Shown: positions 10,127-19,900 of the stretch, piece by piece
How positions within the stretch are numbered: the first letter of the stretch is position 1
Layout: each line of letters opens with the position of its first letter
Origin: Clostridia bacterium
GTDB taxonomy: Bacteria > Bacillota > Clostridia > Saccharofermentanales > DTU023
Direction: 5' to 3'
Assembly: GCA_040766025.1 (NCBI GenBank)
Contig: JAXGRH010000005.1
Span: forward strand, 6,443 to 70,442
DNA: 64,000 nucleotides
The notes under the pieces: model-generated
What the model was told of the DNA's origin: nothing
The model's database searches: none
The model's input: the letters and a program-made list of their open reading frames with translations, nothing else
Position numbers and translations under genes: made by a program

Positions 10127-13100
10127 GGCCGTTGATATCCCATTTTTCGTCCGAAACACCTGCCGGAAGCGCGTTATTTTCGTCAAAGAAGATGATCTGA
10201 TCCGCCAGAACGTCTGTCATGATGGCGTCGGCATAGCGGTCCAAGACCGCTTCTTGCTCATCGCGTTTGACATAGAGGGTAATCCGATCGGTCACCTCAA
10301 AGTCATGCGCGCGGCGCATGGTCTGCACCTTGCTGACGATCTCGCGAACAAGCCCTTCTTCAATGAGGCTTTCGCTAAGTTCTGTGACAAGCGCGACCTT
10401 GACATCACTTGTGCCCTCCACCGCGAAGCCTGCCATCGGGACTTCTTCTGCCAAGAGATCCTCCGCGGTCAAAGTGTACAAAGTACCCTCCACATCAAGC
10501 TCGATCTTGCCTTGCGCGTCTAAAGCGTCCATTGTCTTACGCCCGGGGAGCGCTTCGATCAGGAGGCGTGCCTTCGGAAGGTCGCCGCCCATGACACGAC
10601 CGAGCGTACGGAGCTGCGGTTTAAAGGTAAAATCGATCAGGCGTCGGTCATCTTCTTCGAAACTCAATGCCTTCACGTTCAACTCATCGCGTACAAGTGA
10701 TGCAAGCTCTTCTGACAGGGGTTCGGAACCGACGACGATCATCTCGGATAGGGGCTGGCGAATTTTTAATTGCGCATTGTTTCTGGCGGCGCGTCCGAGC
10801 GACACCCATTCAAGCACGCGATCCATGTCACGCTCAAGGTCTGTGTCAATCTTCCCTGTGTCAAAGACGGGGAAATCACACATGTGGATGCTTTCGGGGG
10901 CATCGGCTAAGCGATTTGCCACAAGGTTCTGGTACACCGTCTCCGCCATGAAGGGCGTGAAGGGTGCCACGAGGTAAGCCATGGTCACCAAGATGTCGTG
11001 TAGCACGATGTAGGCGGTAATCTTATCGGTCTCCATGTCCGGACCCCAGTAGCGTTCGCGTGAGCGACGCACGTACCAGTTCGACAAGTCTTCTACAAAT
11101 GCTTCTAAGGCCCGTGCCGCGGTGGTGATATCGCAGTGGTCGAGGCGCTCGTCGACTTCTCTAATCAGGGAGTGGAGGCGGCTTTCAATCCAGCGGTCCA
11201 TGACCGTCTTGTACTCTTCCACGGGGAAGTGTTCGTAATCCGAACGCTGGAAGCCGTCGATATTAGCGTACAGAACAAAGAACGCGTACGTATTCCAGAA
11301 AGTCCCCATGAAGCGGCGTTTGGCCTCATTGACAGAATCCTCCGAGAAGCGGGCGGAAAGCCAGGGTTGCGATCCCGAGCAGAACATCCAACGCATCGCG
11401 TCGGCGCCTTCTTGGTCGAGAATTTTTCCCGGTTCCACGATATTGCCCAGATGCTTGGACATTTTGACCCCATCTTTATCGAGGACGTGCCCGAGCACCA
11501 GACATGTTTCAAAAGCCTCTTTGCTGAAAAGAAGGCTGCTGATCGCGTGAAGCGAGTAGAACCATCCGCGCGTCTGGTCGATGGCCTCAGAAATGAAGTC
11601 CGCCGGCATACGCGACTCAAATAACGCTTTATTCTCGAAAGGATAATGATACTGGGCAAACGGCATGGCGCCTGAATCGTACCAGCCGTCGATGACCTCC
11701 GGCACGCGGTTCATCACGCCTGAACACTCGGGGCATGTGAGGTGCACGCGGTCGATCATGGGCTTGTGGAGTTCGATGTCGTCGGGACAGTCAGGCGACA
11801 TCGCTTTCAGTTCTTCGATCGAGCCGATGACATGCTGTTTATGGCAGCTCTCGCACTCCCACACAGGAAGCGGTGTGCCCCAGTAGCGTTCGCGTGACAG
11901 GCACCAATCGATGACGTTTTCCAAAAAGTTTCCAAAGCGTCCCGGCCCGATATGGGGGGGAATCCAGTTGATTTTTGCGTTGTTTTCAAGCAGTTCATCC
12001 CGAAGCTTGGTCATCTCGATGAACCAAGCCGTGCGCGCGTAGTAGATGAGCGGTGTGTCGCAGCGCCAGCAGAAGGGATAGGTATGCTCCGTTTCTGTTT
12101 CAAAGAGCAATAAATTTTCTTTTTTCAGGATGTCCACAAGTCCCTGGTCGGCGTCTTTGACAAAGATCCCCGCAAAATCGGTGACCTCTTCGGTCATCGT
12201 CCCGTCCGCGGCGACAAATTGGATGAGGGGAAGATCATGGGCACGGCCAAGACGCGCGTCATCTTCACCAAAGGCAGGCGCGATATGCACGATGCCCGTG
12301 CCGTCCGTCAGGGTGACGTATGGATCGGAGATCACAAAGTAGGCGCGTTTTCCAGACTGGCGAATGCTGTCCACCGCGTAAGGATAAAGCGGCTCGTATT
12401 CACGTCCAACCAGTTCACTTCCGCGGTAGGTTTCAAGGACGCGGGCATCCTCCCCTAATACGGATTTGTAAAGCGCTTTGGCGATAATATATTTGGGGTG
12501 ACCTGCGCTCCCGTCCGGTTCATGATCTGTTTCGCAGAGCACATAGTCTTCCTCGGCGTTCACGCAGAGCGCGAGGTTAGAAGGCAGTGTCCAGGGGGTG
12601 GTCGTCCAGACGGCAAAATACGTGTCAGGCGCATCTTTTGCGCGAAAACGCACATAGACAGAGCGCTCTGTAATATCTTTGTAGCCTTGGGCCACTTCAT
12701 GGCTTGAGAGCGAAGTGCCGCAGCGCGGGCAATAAGGCACCACCTTATGGCCTTTGTAGATCAGGTCTTTGTCCCAGATCTCTTTTAATGACCACCACAC
12801 GGATTCGATGTAGTCATTTTCGTAAGTGACATAGGGGTGTTCCATGTCGGCCCAAAAACCGATGCGTTCCGACATCTCCTCCCACTCAGCCTTATATTTC
12901 CAAACCGATTGTTTGCATTCCTTGATAAAGGCTTCCACGCCATAGGCTTCGATTTGTTCTTTGCCGTCCAGCCCGAGGCGTTTTTCAACTTCAAGCTCCA
13001 CCGGAAGGCCGTGCGTGTCCCAGCCGGCTTTCCTTGGCACATAGTAGCCCTTCATTGTCCGGTAGCGGGGAATTAAATCCTTAATGACGCGCGTCAGCAC

Positions 13101-13274
13101 GTGGCCGGCGTGCGGCATGCCGTTGGCGGTCGGGGGGCCGTCGTAAAATGAGTAAATGGGTTGGCCCTCACGGTTCTCCATCGATTTCTCGAAAATATCG
13201 TGTTCACGCCAAAATGCGAGGATTTCCTCCTCACGCGGGACAAAATTGAGATCGCTATTAACTTTTTTATACAT
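10095..13274 (-). CDS. ileS: Isoleucine--tRNA ligase, long type-2 form
   Basis: 1059 aa. HIGH-type motif PPTANGMPHAGHVL, KMSKS motif KMSKHLGN, and an editing-domain insertion. Confidence 0.97.
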   Translation of the reverse strand: MYKKVNSDLNFVPREEEILAFWREHDIFEKSMENREGQPIYSFYDGPPTANGMPHAGHVLTRVIKDLIPRYRTMKGYYVPRKAGWDTHGLPVELEVEKRLGLDGKEQIEAYGVEAFIKECKQSVWKYKAEWEEMSERIGFWADMEHPYVTYENDYIESVWWSLKEIWDKDLIYKGHKVVPYCPRCGTSLSSHEVAQGYKDITERSVYVRFRAKDAPDTYFAVWTTTPWTLPSNLALCVNAEEDYVLCETDHEPDGSAGHPKYIIAKALYKSVLGEDARVLETYRGSELVGREYEPLYPYAVDSIRQSGKRAYFVISDPYVTLTDGTGIVHIAPAFGEDDARLGRAHDLPLIQFVAADGTMTEEVTDFAGIFVKDADQGLVDILKKENLLLFETETEHTYPFCWRCDTPLIYYARTAWFIEMTKLRDELLENNAKINWIPPHIGPGRFGNFLENVIDWCLSRERYWGTPLPVWECESCHKQHVIGSIEELKAMSPDCPDDIELHKPMIDRVHLTCPECSGVMNRVPEVIDGWYDSGAMPFAQYHYPFENKALFESRMPADFISEAIDQTRGWFYSLHAISSLLFSKEAFETCLVLGHVLDKDGVKMSKHLGNIVEPGKILDQEGADAMRWMFCSGSQPWLSARFSEDSVNEAKRRFMGTFWNTYAFFVLYANIDGFQRSDYEHFPVEEYKTVMDRWIESRLHSLIREVDERLDHCDITTAARALEAFVEDLSNWYVRRSRERYWGPDMETDKITAYIVLHDILVTMAYLVAPFTPFMAETVYQNLVANRLADAPESIHMCDFPVFDTGKIDTDLERDMDRVLEWVSLGRAARNNAQLKIRQPLSEMIVVGSEPLSEELASLVRDELNVKALSFEEDDRRLIDFTFKPQLRTLGRVMGGDLPKARLLIEALPGRKTMDALDAQGKIELDVEGTLYTLTAEDLLAEEVPMAGFAVEGTSDVKVALVTELSESLIEEGLVREIVSKVQTMRRAHDFEVTDRITLYVKRDEQEAVLDRYADAIMTDVLADQIIFFDENNALPAGVSDEKWDINGHEMAFAVVVH

Positions 13275-13365
13275 GGACGAAATACTCCTTTATCCAGATG
13301 ATTATAGGATCTTCGGTTGACTTGTGTCAACGAAACAGGGGTCATTCCGGCATAAGGAGCTCGCC

Positions 13366-14730
13366 TTACTTCATGAACCTTCGTATCATTTTCATTTTGC
13401 GCTTGCTGTACGGGTGGTAGCGCATCGGCAGATCGAGCCAGGTGGATTTTTTCACGATGCTGCGCTGATGCGTGAAACTTTCAAAACTTCGCTTGCCGTG
13501 GTAACTCCCCATGCCGCTATGTCCGACACCGCCAAAGGGCATGTGTGAGGTGGCCAGATGGATGATCGTGTCGTTGATGCAGCCCCCACCAAACGAGCAT
13601 TCATCCAACATCCTTTGTTCAGCGGATGCCCTGCGGGTAAAAAGATACAGCGCGAGCGGTTTGGGGCGCTCGCGGATGAATGAAATGGCCTCATCCAATG
13701 ACGAGTAGCTTAGGATCGGCAAAATCGGCCCGAATATTTCCTCCTGCATGATGGGCGATTCGGGTGACACTTCATCTAATAATGTCGGCGCGATAAAACG
13801 CCTTTCGTCGTCTGTCTGGCCGCCCACCATGATTGATTGACCCGCAAGCAAACCCTTTAACCGCGCATAGTGGCGCTCATTGACAATGACGGGCATATCG
13901 GAATAGTCGAGTGTCGGAAAAAATGATTGAAGCGCCGTCTCATACGCTTCGACAAAAGCTCCTTTCACACTTTCTTGGATCAAAAGATAATCGGGGGCCA
14001 CACAGGTCTGCCCCGCGTTCAGGAGCTTACCAAAGGCGATGCGGCGCGCGCTTAAGGCGATGTCAGCCGTCTCATCCACAATGACGGGGCTTTTGCCGCC
14101 GAGCTCCAGGGTCACAGGCGTCAGATGGCGGGATGCTTTTTCCATCACGACCTTGCCGACCGCGACGCTTCCGGTGAAAAAGATGTAGTCGAATGCTTCT
14201 TCGAGCAAGGCATTGTTTTCCGCTCGGCCTCCTTCTACAACGGCAATGTACTCAGCTGAAAAAGCGTCACCCAATACCTTAAAGATGGCGGCGCTTGTCG
14301 CCGGCGCGTAGGCCGAGGGTTTCACCACGGCGGTGTTGCCGCCCGAGATGGCACCCACTAAGGGCAGAAGGCATAACTGCAAAGGATAATTCCAAGGCGC
14401 GATAATGAGTGTTACACCATGGGGTTCAGGTGAGATGAAACTCTTGGCATGAAACTGAGCCAGAGGAGTCCTTACCTTGCGGTCCTTGATCCAGCGGGGG
14501 AGGTGTTTTATGTGGAAGCGTATTTCCTCCAACACCATGCCGATTTCGGACATATAGCTTTCCATCGTTGATTTATTGAGGTCAGACTTCAAGGCTTCAT
14601 TGAACAGGGCCTCATTTTCCAAAAGTGCTTTTCGCAGCCTTTTTAACATGTCCAAACGAAAGGATAAGGGGCGCGTCGCGCCTGTGTCGAAAAAGCGACG
14701 TTGGCGGGTGACTAAATCATGGATATTCAC
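13366..14730 (-). CDS. NAD(P)-dependent aldehyde dehydrogenase (class-3-like, about 454 aa)
   Basis: ALDH family motifs LELGGKSP and the catalytic-Cys region GQTCVAPDY. Confidence 0.9.
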   Translation of the reverse strand: MNIHDLVTRQRRFFDTGATRPLSFRLDMLKRLRKALLENEALFNEALKSDLNKSTMESYMSEIGMVLEEIRFHIKHLPRWIKDRKVRTPLAQFHAKSFISPEPHGVTLIIAPWNYPLQLCLLPLVGAISGGNTAVVKPSAYAPATSAAIFKVLGDAFSAEYIAVVEGGRAENNALLEEAFDYIFFTGSVAVGKVVMEKASRHLTPVTLELGGKSPVIVDETADIALSARRIAFGKLLNAGQTCVAPDYLLIQESVKGAFVEAYETALQSFFPTLDYSDMPVIVNERHYARLKGLLAGQSIMVGGQTDDERRFIAPTLLDEVSPESPIMQEEIFGPILPILSYSSLDEAISFIRERPKPLALYLFTRRASAEQRMLDECSFGGGCINDTIIHLATSHMPFGGVGHSGMGSYHGKRSFESFTHQRSIVKKSTWLDLPMRYHPYSKRKMKMIRRFMK

Positions 14731-15898
14731 AGGCTTCCTCCTAGGTGTGTCAAAATTTCCTTTATTTGACGTATGAGCGCCTCGGCTTTGTCAGGCCTAT
14801 GGCGATTCAAATATGTTTGTAAATCGAGCTCTGCCCGGTGGGCTAACTCTTCGGAGGCCAAAATATCAGGTACTAACCTCAGCCAAGAAAACCGCAAAAT
14901 GTGGGCGACGAGCGGGGCACCGGTATCATTGGCGTCGAGGGAGACCAAATAGTCTCGGCACCGTACAGCGCCGGCAATACTCTTTGCAATATCGCCGTCG
15001 CCATTATCCGTCACGGTCGTTCGATAAAATCGGATGCATTCATCCAGATCCAATAGGCCCGTCGGCTCACCTTGGGTGGCCAAAGCAAGAAGGCGCGCCT
15101 CTTCATTCAAGTCCATCTGTTCGACGCCATTACTGATCTCGGTAATGGCGTTCAACAATGCGTCAGAAAAGCGGTACAGCAGTTCCACATACTGAGAACC
15201 AAAAGATCGGTTGTATGCTTTACGCTTCAAGACAATAAAGCGATCCAGCGTTTCGTCGGAGACATGGATTTTTTCTGTACCCGTCGTTGCGGTGAAATCC
15301 GGGCTTAACACGGCATCGCGAATGAATGCTTCAATCTCCTCCCGAGCCGCCTTTTCGAGGGCTGTCGCATAGGTACTGAAGGCAAAAACCGACTGCTCAA
15401 AGGAAATGCCGGCATCCATGCGAATGCGAATCAGGGCACATAGTTGCAGGTCTTCGCTTGAAAAAACGATGTTGCGACCTGTCTTTTTTTCCCGATGAGC
15501 CCCTCATTAAAAAGGCGGCGTACTTGGACTGAGGACAGATTGGCATAGCGCGCAGCCTCCGCAAGACCGACGGTCTCCGTGACTGTCTCTTCGTCCACCT
15601 TATGGATCGCGTCGAGTAGTGCCAAATTCATCCTGCTGTCACCGGCTGATGCGTTTAACAGTCTCTTGATGACTGAAAGCGGGTAAAAATGCTCCCGTTG
15701 CAATGTCCTGATCGCCTGGATTGTTTGGACTGAATCGGGATCGTACCAGGACATGTTCCGCCCGGTTTTTAAGACCGGGCGGATCAAGCCTTCTTTGACA
15801 TAAAACTTCAGTGTCGACACATTGACACCGGAGGTTTTGGCTAACTCACCAATTTTGACCAGCGGTTTCTCAGTTGGTGTTTTCTCATTCATCCGCAA
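14727..15898 (-). pseudogene. MerR-family protein with two tandem HTH domains plus an uncharacterised helical C-terminal domain of about 200 aa; split by one frameshift
   Basis: HTH 1: KIGELAKTSGVNVSTLKFYVKEGLI. HTH 2 is interrupted at the T7 run 15484-15490. One extra base gives ..VGLAEAARYANLSSVQVRRLFNEGLIGKKKTGRNIVFSSEDLQLCALIRIRMDAGISFEQ.., which joins ORF 14727..15419. Confidence 0.65.
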
Positions 15899-15915
15899 AG
15901 ACTTTCTTTGTTTTT

Positions 15916-17127
15916 CTACTGGCAGTCGATGGCAATTTTCACCACATCAGGAGGGTTTTCAAGGGCCAACTTTAAGGCCGCCTTGTAATCATCCAGTTTG
16001 AAATAATGCGTGACAAAACCTTCCACACTGTAGATGCCGTCACGGATCCATTCTTGCACCAAATCAAAGGTATATAGCCTCCTGCCCTGCCATTCTTCCA
16101 TGCCGTGGGCATCCACTCCTACAAGCTTCAACTCCTGCCACCAGATCGGCGTCTCATCAAAGCGAACGGCGCGCATATGGTGGCCGATCTTCACAAGTGT
16201 TCCTCTGGCTCGCAGAAGTCTGACTGCGGTATGGTTGGACCAGTCACCTCCGATACAGTCATAAATGCGATCAAAACCGCCAAAGAAGTATTTATTCCCC
16301 CGCATGCCGACAAAGACCTGACTGCCGCCTGTGGCCTTGGCGGTGGCCGCATAGGGATCGCCTTCGAGCACATGATCCGCCCCTAAACGCAGGGCAAAAT
16401 CCTGCTTGCTTTTCACGCGCTCCATGACATAGAGTTCGCAGTCCGGCTCAACAATCTTAATGGCCTGTACAATGCCTAAACCGATGGAACCTGCGCCCAT
16501 CACAAGGATTTTTTCAGCTTTTTTAGGCGGGGCGCAAAGCACCGAATGGACTGAGACACAACTCGGTTCCAGCATGACGGCCTGTTCGTCCGTCAGCTCG
16601 TCGTAGATACGCGCAAGTCCCCTGGCAGGATAGATGAAGCTGTCACTCCAGCCCGCTCCCGTCATAAGTTCACCGTAAGGAGAGGGGGTCCCGTAATTCA
16701 GACAAAAATTGTAGTCCCCCGCCTCACAATAATGACAGCGCTCTTTCAAACCCTTCGTATCGCATCCGGACATATAGGCGCGAATAGCCACCCGATCCCC
16801 AAGCTTGAATTCCGTAACATCTTCCCCAATTTCGGTGACGACTCCGACATTCTCATGTCCGAGATAGGTGTGCTTGGTTCCGGGGATCGGCTCCAGCGCG
16901 GAGTCTGTGCCGGTGGTCGCTTTAAAAAAACTGACATCCGTCCCGCAAAGTCCGCATGCAATATTTCTTACTCGCACCCAATCTTGAGCAGGCAGAGGGG
17001 TGTCGGGCAGATTCTTTTTGTACTTGACCGGATTAATACCGGTAAAAAGGAGACCCTTAGCCATCTTCGCGGCCGCTTTAGTGGCGAGGATACGAGGGAT
17101 ATCTTTGTCAAAATAGACGACTTTCAT
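15916..17127 (-). CDS. Zn-dependent medium-chain dehydrogenase, long (about 400 aa) polyol/sugar-phosphate dehydrogenase-like form
   Basis: CGLCGTDVS and GHENVGVV Zn-ADH motifs and a GAGSIGLG Rossmann motif. N-terminal extension of about 35 aa. Confidence 0.85.
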   Translation of the reverse strand: MKVVYFDKDIPRILATKAAAKMAKGLLFTGINPVKYKKNLPDTPLPAQDWVRVRNIACGLCGTDVSFFKATTGTDSALEPIPGTKHTYLGHENVGVVTEIGEDVTEFKLGDRVAIRAYMSGCDTKGLKERCHYCEAGDYNFCLNYGTPSPYGELMTGAGWSDSFIYPARGLARIYDELTDEQAVMLEPSCVSVHSVLCAPPKKAEKILVMGAGSIGLGIVQAIKIVEPDCELYVMERVKSKQDFALRLGADHVLEGDPYAATAKATGGSQVFVGMRGNKYFFGGFDRIYDCIGGDWSNHTAVRLLRARGTLVKIGHHMRAVRFDETPIWWQELKLVGVDAHGMEEWQGRRLYTFDLVQEWIRDGIYSVEGFVTHYFKLDDYKAALKLALENPPDVVKIAIDCQ

Positions 17128-17142
17128 TTTGATCCTCCTTGA

Positions 17143-17931
17143 TCAGGTCAGCATGCCTTGCAAGATGGCCATATAGTCATTCAAGTAGCAGGCATATTCA
17201 GGACTCCCGACTGTTTCTACATAGCCCTTTTCGACCCCTTCGACAAATTCGCATTCTTTGCCCAATACCTTGAGCGCGCCGTCAATTGACAGGAATCGGA
17301 ATAGGACAAAGGGACTGCGCCGAGTATAGATTCCGTGACCGGATTTTGACTGACCGGCTTTTACACGAAAGTAACAGGCAATATAGGCAAGATCGCCCTC
17401 ATGCTCTACTCTGAATTGATAAATGCGGTCTGGCTGGCGGCGGCAGAACGCCTGCATATCGGGGTCACCCAGTTTATTGTACTGACTTAATCCCCTCGTG
17501 ATCATGTACAGGCTACTTTTGACTTTCAACGCCTTTTCTGCGTCGTTTTTGAGTTTATCGTTTGCCTTGGTCATTATTTTCAATCCCATGAGCACACTGA
17601 GCACCGGGGGAAGCATGGAGAGTTTGCCTTTAATCGACGGAAGGGCTAAGCCACCCTTCAGCAAGGCGTTCATTTTTTTCACTTCAGAGAATGTCAGCGA
17701 CAGATCCGCATTGTCAAGGGGACCCTGCACGACTTTCACCGTGCCGTCGTGAAAGATGAGATGACAGCAAAGAAGGTCGTCGCCGTTTTTCGCGCCGAAC
17801 TGGACGGTACCGCGAAAATGTTGGAATTTTTTGTGGAGCTTCGGATCATCGTCCAAGAGCACCTGCATGGTTGGAAAGGCGGCGTTGAAAAATAACTTCG
17901 CCGTCATGATTTCCTGTGGAGACGCGGACAT
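17143..17931 (-). CDS. Hypothetical protein, possibly a tandem SCP2-like fold
   Basis: Intact 262-aa ORF, tightly packed in the operon (gaps of 15 and 20 nt). The SCP2 similarity is only my impression from the N-terminal pattern (..DDPKL..F.GTVQF....GDDL.CHLIFHDGTVKV). Confidence 0.4.
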   Translation of the reverse strand: MSASPQEIMTAKLFFNAAFPTMQVLLDDDPKLHKKFQHFRGTVQFGAKNGDDLLCCHLIFHDGTVKVVQGPLDNADLSLTFSEVKKMNALLKGGLALPSIKGKLSMLPPVLSVLMGLKIMTKANDKLKNDAEKALKVKSSLYMITRGLSQYNKLGDPDMQAFCRRQPDRIYQFRVEHEGDLAYIACYFRVKAGQSKSGHGIYTRRSPFVLFRFLSIDGALKVLGKECEFVEGVEKGYVETVGSPEYACYLNDYMAILQGMLT

Positions 17932-17951
17932 GGTGTTACCCCCTTCCTTTT

Positions 17952-18965
17952 TTAATCGTCATCCCAATTTTCATCTTCTTCGTATTCCATCCCCATCATC
18001 TCGCGCACCTTGTCAACGATGCCGTTCGCGTCGAGTTGGTAATGCGCGTAAAGATCTTCAGCGTATCCGATGGTGACAAAAATATCCTCAAGGCCGTGTT
18101 TTTTGAACATGCAGCCCTTGCCGGATTCGGCGATGACACTGGCGACCGCGTCGCCTAAACCACCCAGCACATTGTGTTCTTCAATGGTCAAGATTCGCCG
18201 AGTATCGTTGACGGCCCGAAGCACCGCTTCCCGGTCGATGGGCTTAATCGTATGCATGTTGACGACGCGCACACTTAAACCATCCGATTCCTCCAAGGTT
18301 TTGGCCGCATTGATTGCCTGCAACACCGCAATGCCGCAGCAGATGATGGTAAGATCCGTTCCTTCTCGCATCGTGATGGCACGGCCGATCTCGTATTCGT
18401 AGTCGTCGCTTTCGTAGCATGGGGGTTCAAAACCGCGCCCGATTCGGATGTATACGGGATCCGGTGTATTGACACAGGCTTGAACGGCCTTGCTCGTCTC
18501 GATACCGTCTGCGGGACAAATCACCGTCATATTGGGAATGGCGCGCATCACCGCAAAATCCTCAGTGCAATGATGCGTTGTCCCCGCGTGGCCAAAAGAG
18601 ATTCCCGCGTGTGTAGCGATGATCTTGACGGGCAGATTTTGGTAGGCAATATCCGTGCGTACCTGCTCAGCCGCTCGCAAAGAGGCAAAGACGGCCATCG
18701 TGGAAGCAAAGGGGATAAGGCCTGCTTTTGCCAGGCCGGCCGCAATCCCAAACATATTCTGTTCGGCAATCCCGACGTTGTAAAAGCGGTCGGGAAACAA
18801 GTCAGCGAAGTATTTGATGGCGGTCGTTTTTTCAAGATCCGCCGTGATGCCGACGATCCTGTCATCCTGCTCGGCCAGTGCGGCGAGTGTTCGCCCGTAG
18901 ATTTCCCGGGCGGTCATTGTTGACGCGTCATAGGCGTTCCAGTTGGTTCCGGTAACTACTGACAT
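17952..18965 (-). CDS. Transketolase, C-terminal (pyrimidine-binding plus C-terminal domain) subunit
   Basis: 337 aa. FYNVGIAEQNMFGIAAGLA motif typical of the transketolase Pyr domain. Follows the N-terminal subunit after 4 nt. Confidence 0.9.
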   Translation of the reverse strand: MSVVTGTNWNAYDASTMTAREIYGRTLAALAEQDDRIVGITADLEKTTAIKYFADLFPDRFYNVGIAEQNMFGIAAGLAKAGLIPFASTMAVFASLRAAEQVRTDIAYQNLPVKIIATHAGISFGHAGTTHHCTEDFAVMRAIPNMTVICPADGIETSKAVQACVNTPDPVYIRIGRGFEPPCYESDDYEYEIGRAITMREGTDLTIICCGIAVLQAINAAKTLEESDGLSVRVVNMHTIKPIDREAVLRAVNDTRRILTIEEHNVLGGLGDAVASVIAESGKGCMFKKHGLEDIFVTIGYAEDLYAHYQLDANGIVDKVREMMGMEYEEDENWDDD

Positions 18966-18969
18966 TTGC

Positions 18970-19809
18970 TTAACCCTCCTCGCGGCTTAAAATACTCGCC
19001 TTAGCGCGATCGCACAAAGCGGAATCGCCTGAAGCGTAGTGATAAAGGACATTATTTTCCATGAAATCGACGCCCTTTCCTTTGACCGTATGGGCCAAAA
19101 TAAGCACCGGCACATCGGTGGCAGCCCAAGCTTTTTCCAAAGCCGCATCCAATTCGTCAAAATCGTGGCCATTGACTTCAAGGACCTCCCAGCCAAAGGC
19201 GCGCCATTTATCCGCAAAGGGTTCCAAGGCCATCACATCTTCGGTCATACCGTCAATCATCAGGCGGTTGCGGTCCACAATACCGATGACATTCCCCAGC
19301 TTGAAATGTGCTGCAGACATGGCCGCTTCCCATACACTGCCCTCGCAGCACTCGCCATCACCCATGAGACAAATCGTTTTATAGGCCTTTTTCAGTTTTC
19401 TGGCGCCAAGTCCCAATCCCACCGCCATGCTGAGTCCATGGCCGAGACTGCCCGCGGAAGCGTCACAGCCCACGACCTTGTTGCAGTCAGGATGCATGGC
19501 AAAGGGACTGCCAAAATGATTGAAAGTTTTTAATGTTTCCTCCGGGAAGTACCCTCGTTTTGCCAACACCGGAATATAGCCGGCTGCGGCATGGCCTTTG
19601 GACAGGATAAAGCGATCCCGATCCTCCCAGTCCGGTCTCTTGGGATCAATGTTCAGATACTTGAAATACAGGATTGACAGGGCTTCTACAATGCTAAGTG
19701 AGCCACCAATATGCGCTCCGCCCGACCAGGCCATCACATCCACCATGGTCAGGCGCAGTTCACAGGCGATATCTTGCAACCGCTGTTTTTCTTCCGCCGA
19801 TAATGCCAT
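18970..19809 (-). CDS. Transketolase, N-terminal (thiamine-diphosphate-binding) subunit
   Basis: GHIGGSLS and GDGECCEGSVWEA TPP-binding motifs. The start was moved to MALSAEEK (ATG 8 nt after AAGGAGG) from the upstream GTG in the ORF track. Confidence 0.9.
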   Translation of the reverse strand: MALSAEEKQRLQDIACELRLTMVDVMAWSGGAHIGGSLSIVEALSILYFKYLNIDPKRPDWEDRDRFILSKGHAAAGYIPVLAKRGYFPEETLKTFNHFGSPFAMHPDCNKVVGCDASAGSLGHGLSMAVGLGLGARKLKKAYKTICLMGDGECCEGSVWEAAMSAAHFKLGNVIGIVDRNRLMIDGMTEDVMALEPFADKWRAFGWEVLEVNGHDFDELDAALEKAWAATDVPVLILAHTVKGKGVDFMENNVLYHYASGDSALCDRAKASILSREEG

Positions 19810-19845
19810 TTCACGTCCCTCCTTAATAATATTCACAACTCACAA

Positions 19846-19866
19846 GTAGAGAGTGCTACTCTCTAC
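19846..19866. promoter_or_regulatory. Perfect 21-bp palindrome (9-bp arms, 3-nt centre), candidate operator or 5' stem-loop of the transketolase operon
   Basis: GTAGAGAGT-GCT-ACTCTCTAC. Sits about 37 nt upstream of the tkt start and directly downstream of the predicted -10. Confidence 0.4.
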
Positions 19867-19871
19867 TTTCA

Positions 19872-19900
19872 AATGTATCGCATCGCCAGGCGACTTGCAA
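19872..19900 (-). promoter_or_regulatory. Putative sigma-A-type promoter of the transketolase operon
   Basis: Minus strand: TTGCAA (19895-19900), 17-nt spacer, TACATT (19872-19877). Confidence 0.35.

Noticed and set aside
10318-10977. Long plus-strand ORFs inside minus-strand genes (for example 10318..10977 in ileS, 26022..26528 in ppdK, 61048..61764 in gcvPB, 49717..50289 in pcrA, 56616..57167 in atpA).
   Set aside because: They lie antisense to genes with strong family motifs and have Arg/Ser/Pro-rich, low-complexity translations typical of shadow ORFs. None has an SD or a recognisable motif.
13275-13365. T-box leaders upstream of ileS (and of glyQS at 28952-28975).
   Set aside because: The upstream gaps are about 90 nt and about 24 nt, too short for a T-box riboswitch of 200 nt or more. 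No specifier or T-box sequence was noticed.
13366-19836. Sulfoquinovose transketolase (sulfo-TK) pathway as the identity of the split-transketolase operon.
   Set aside because: No sulfoquinovosidase, sugar isomerases or exporter are present in the cluster. Only the TK pair and a dehydrogenase would fit.
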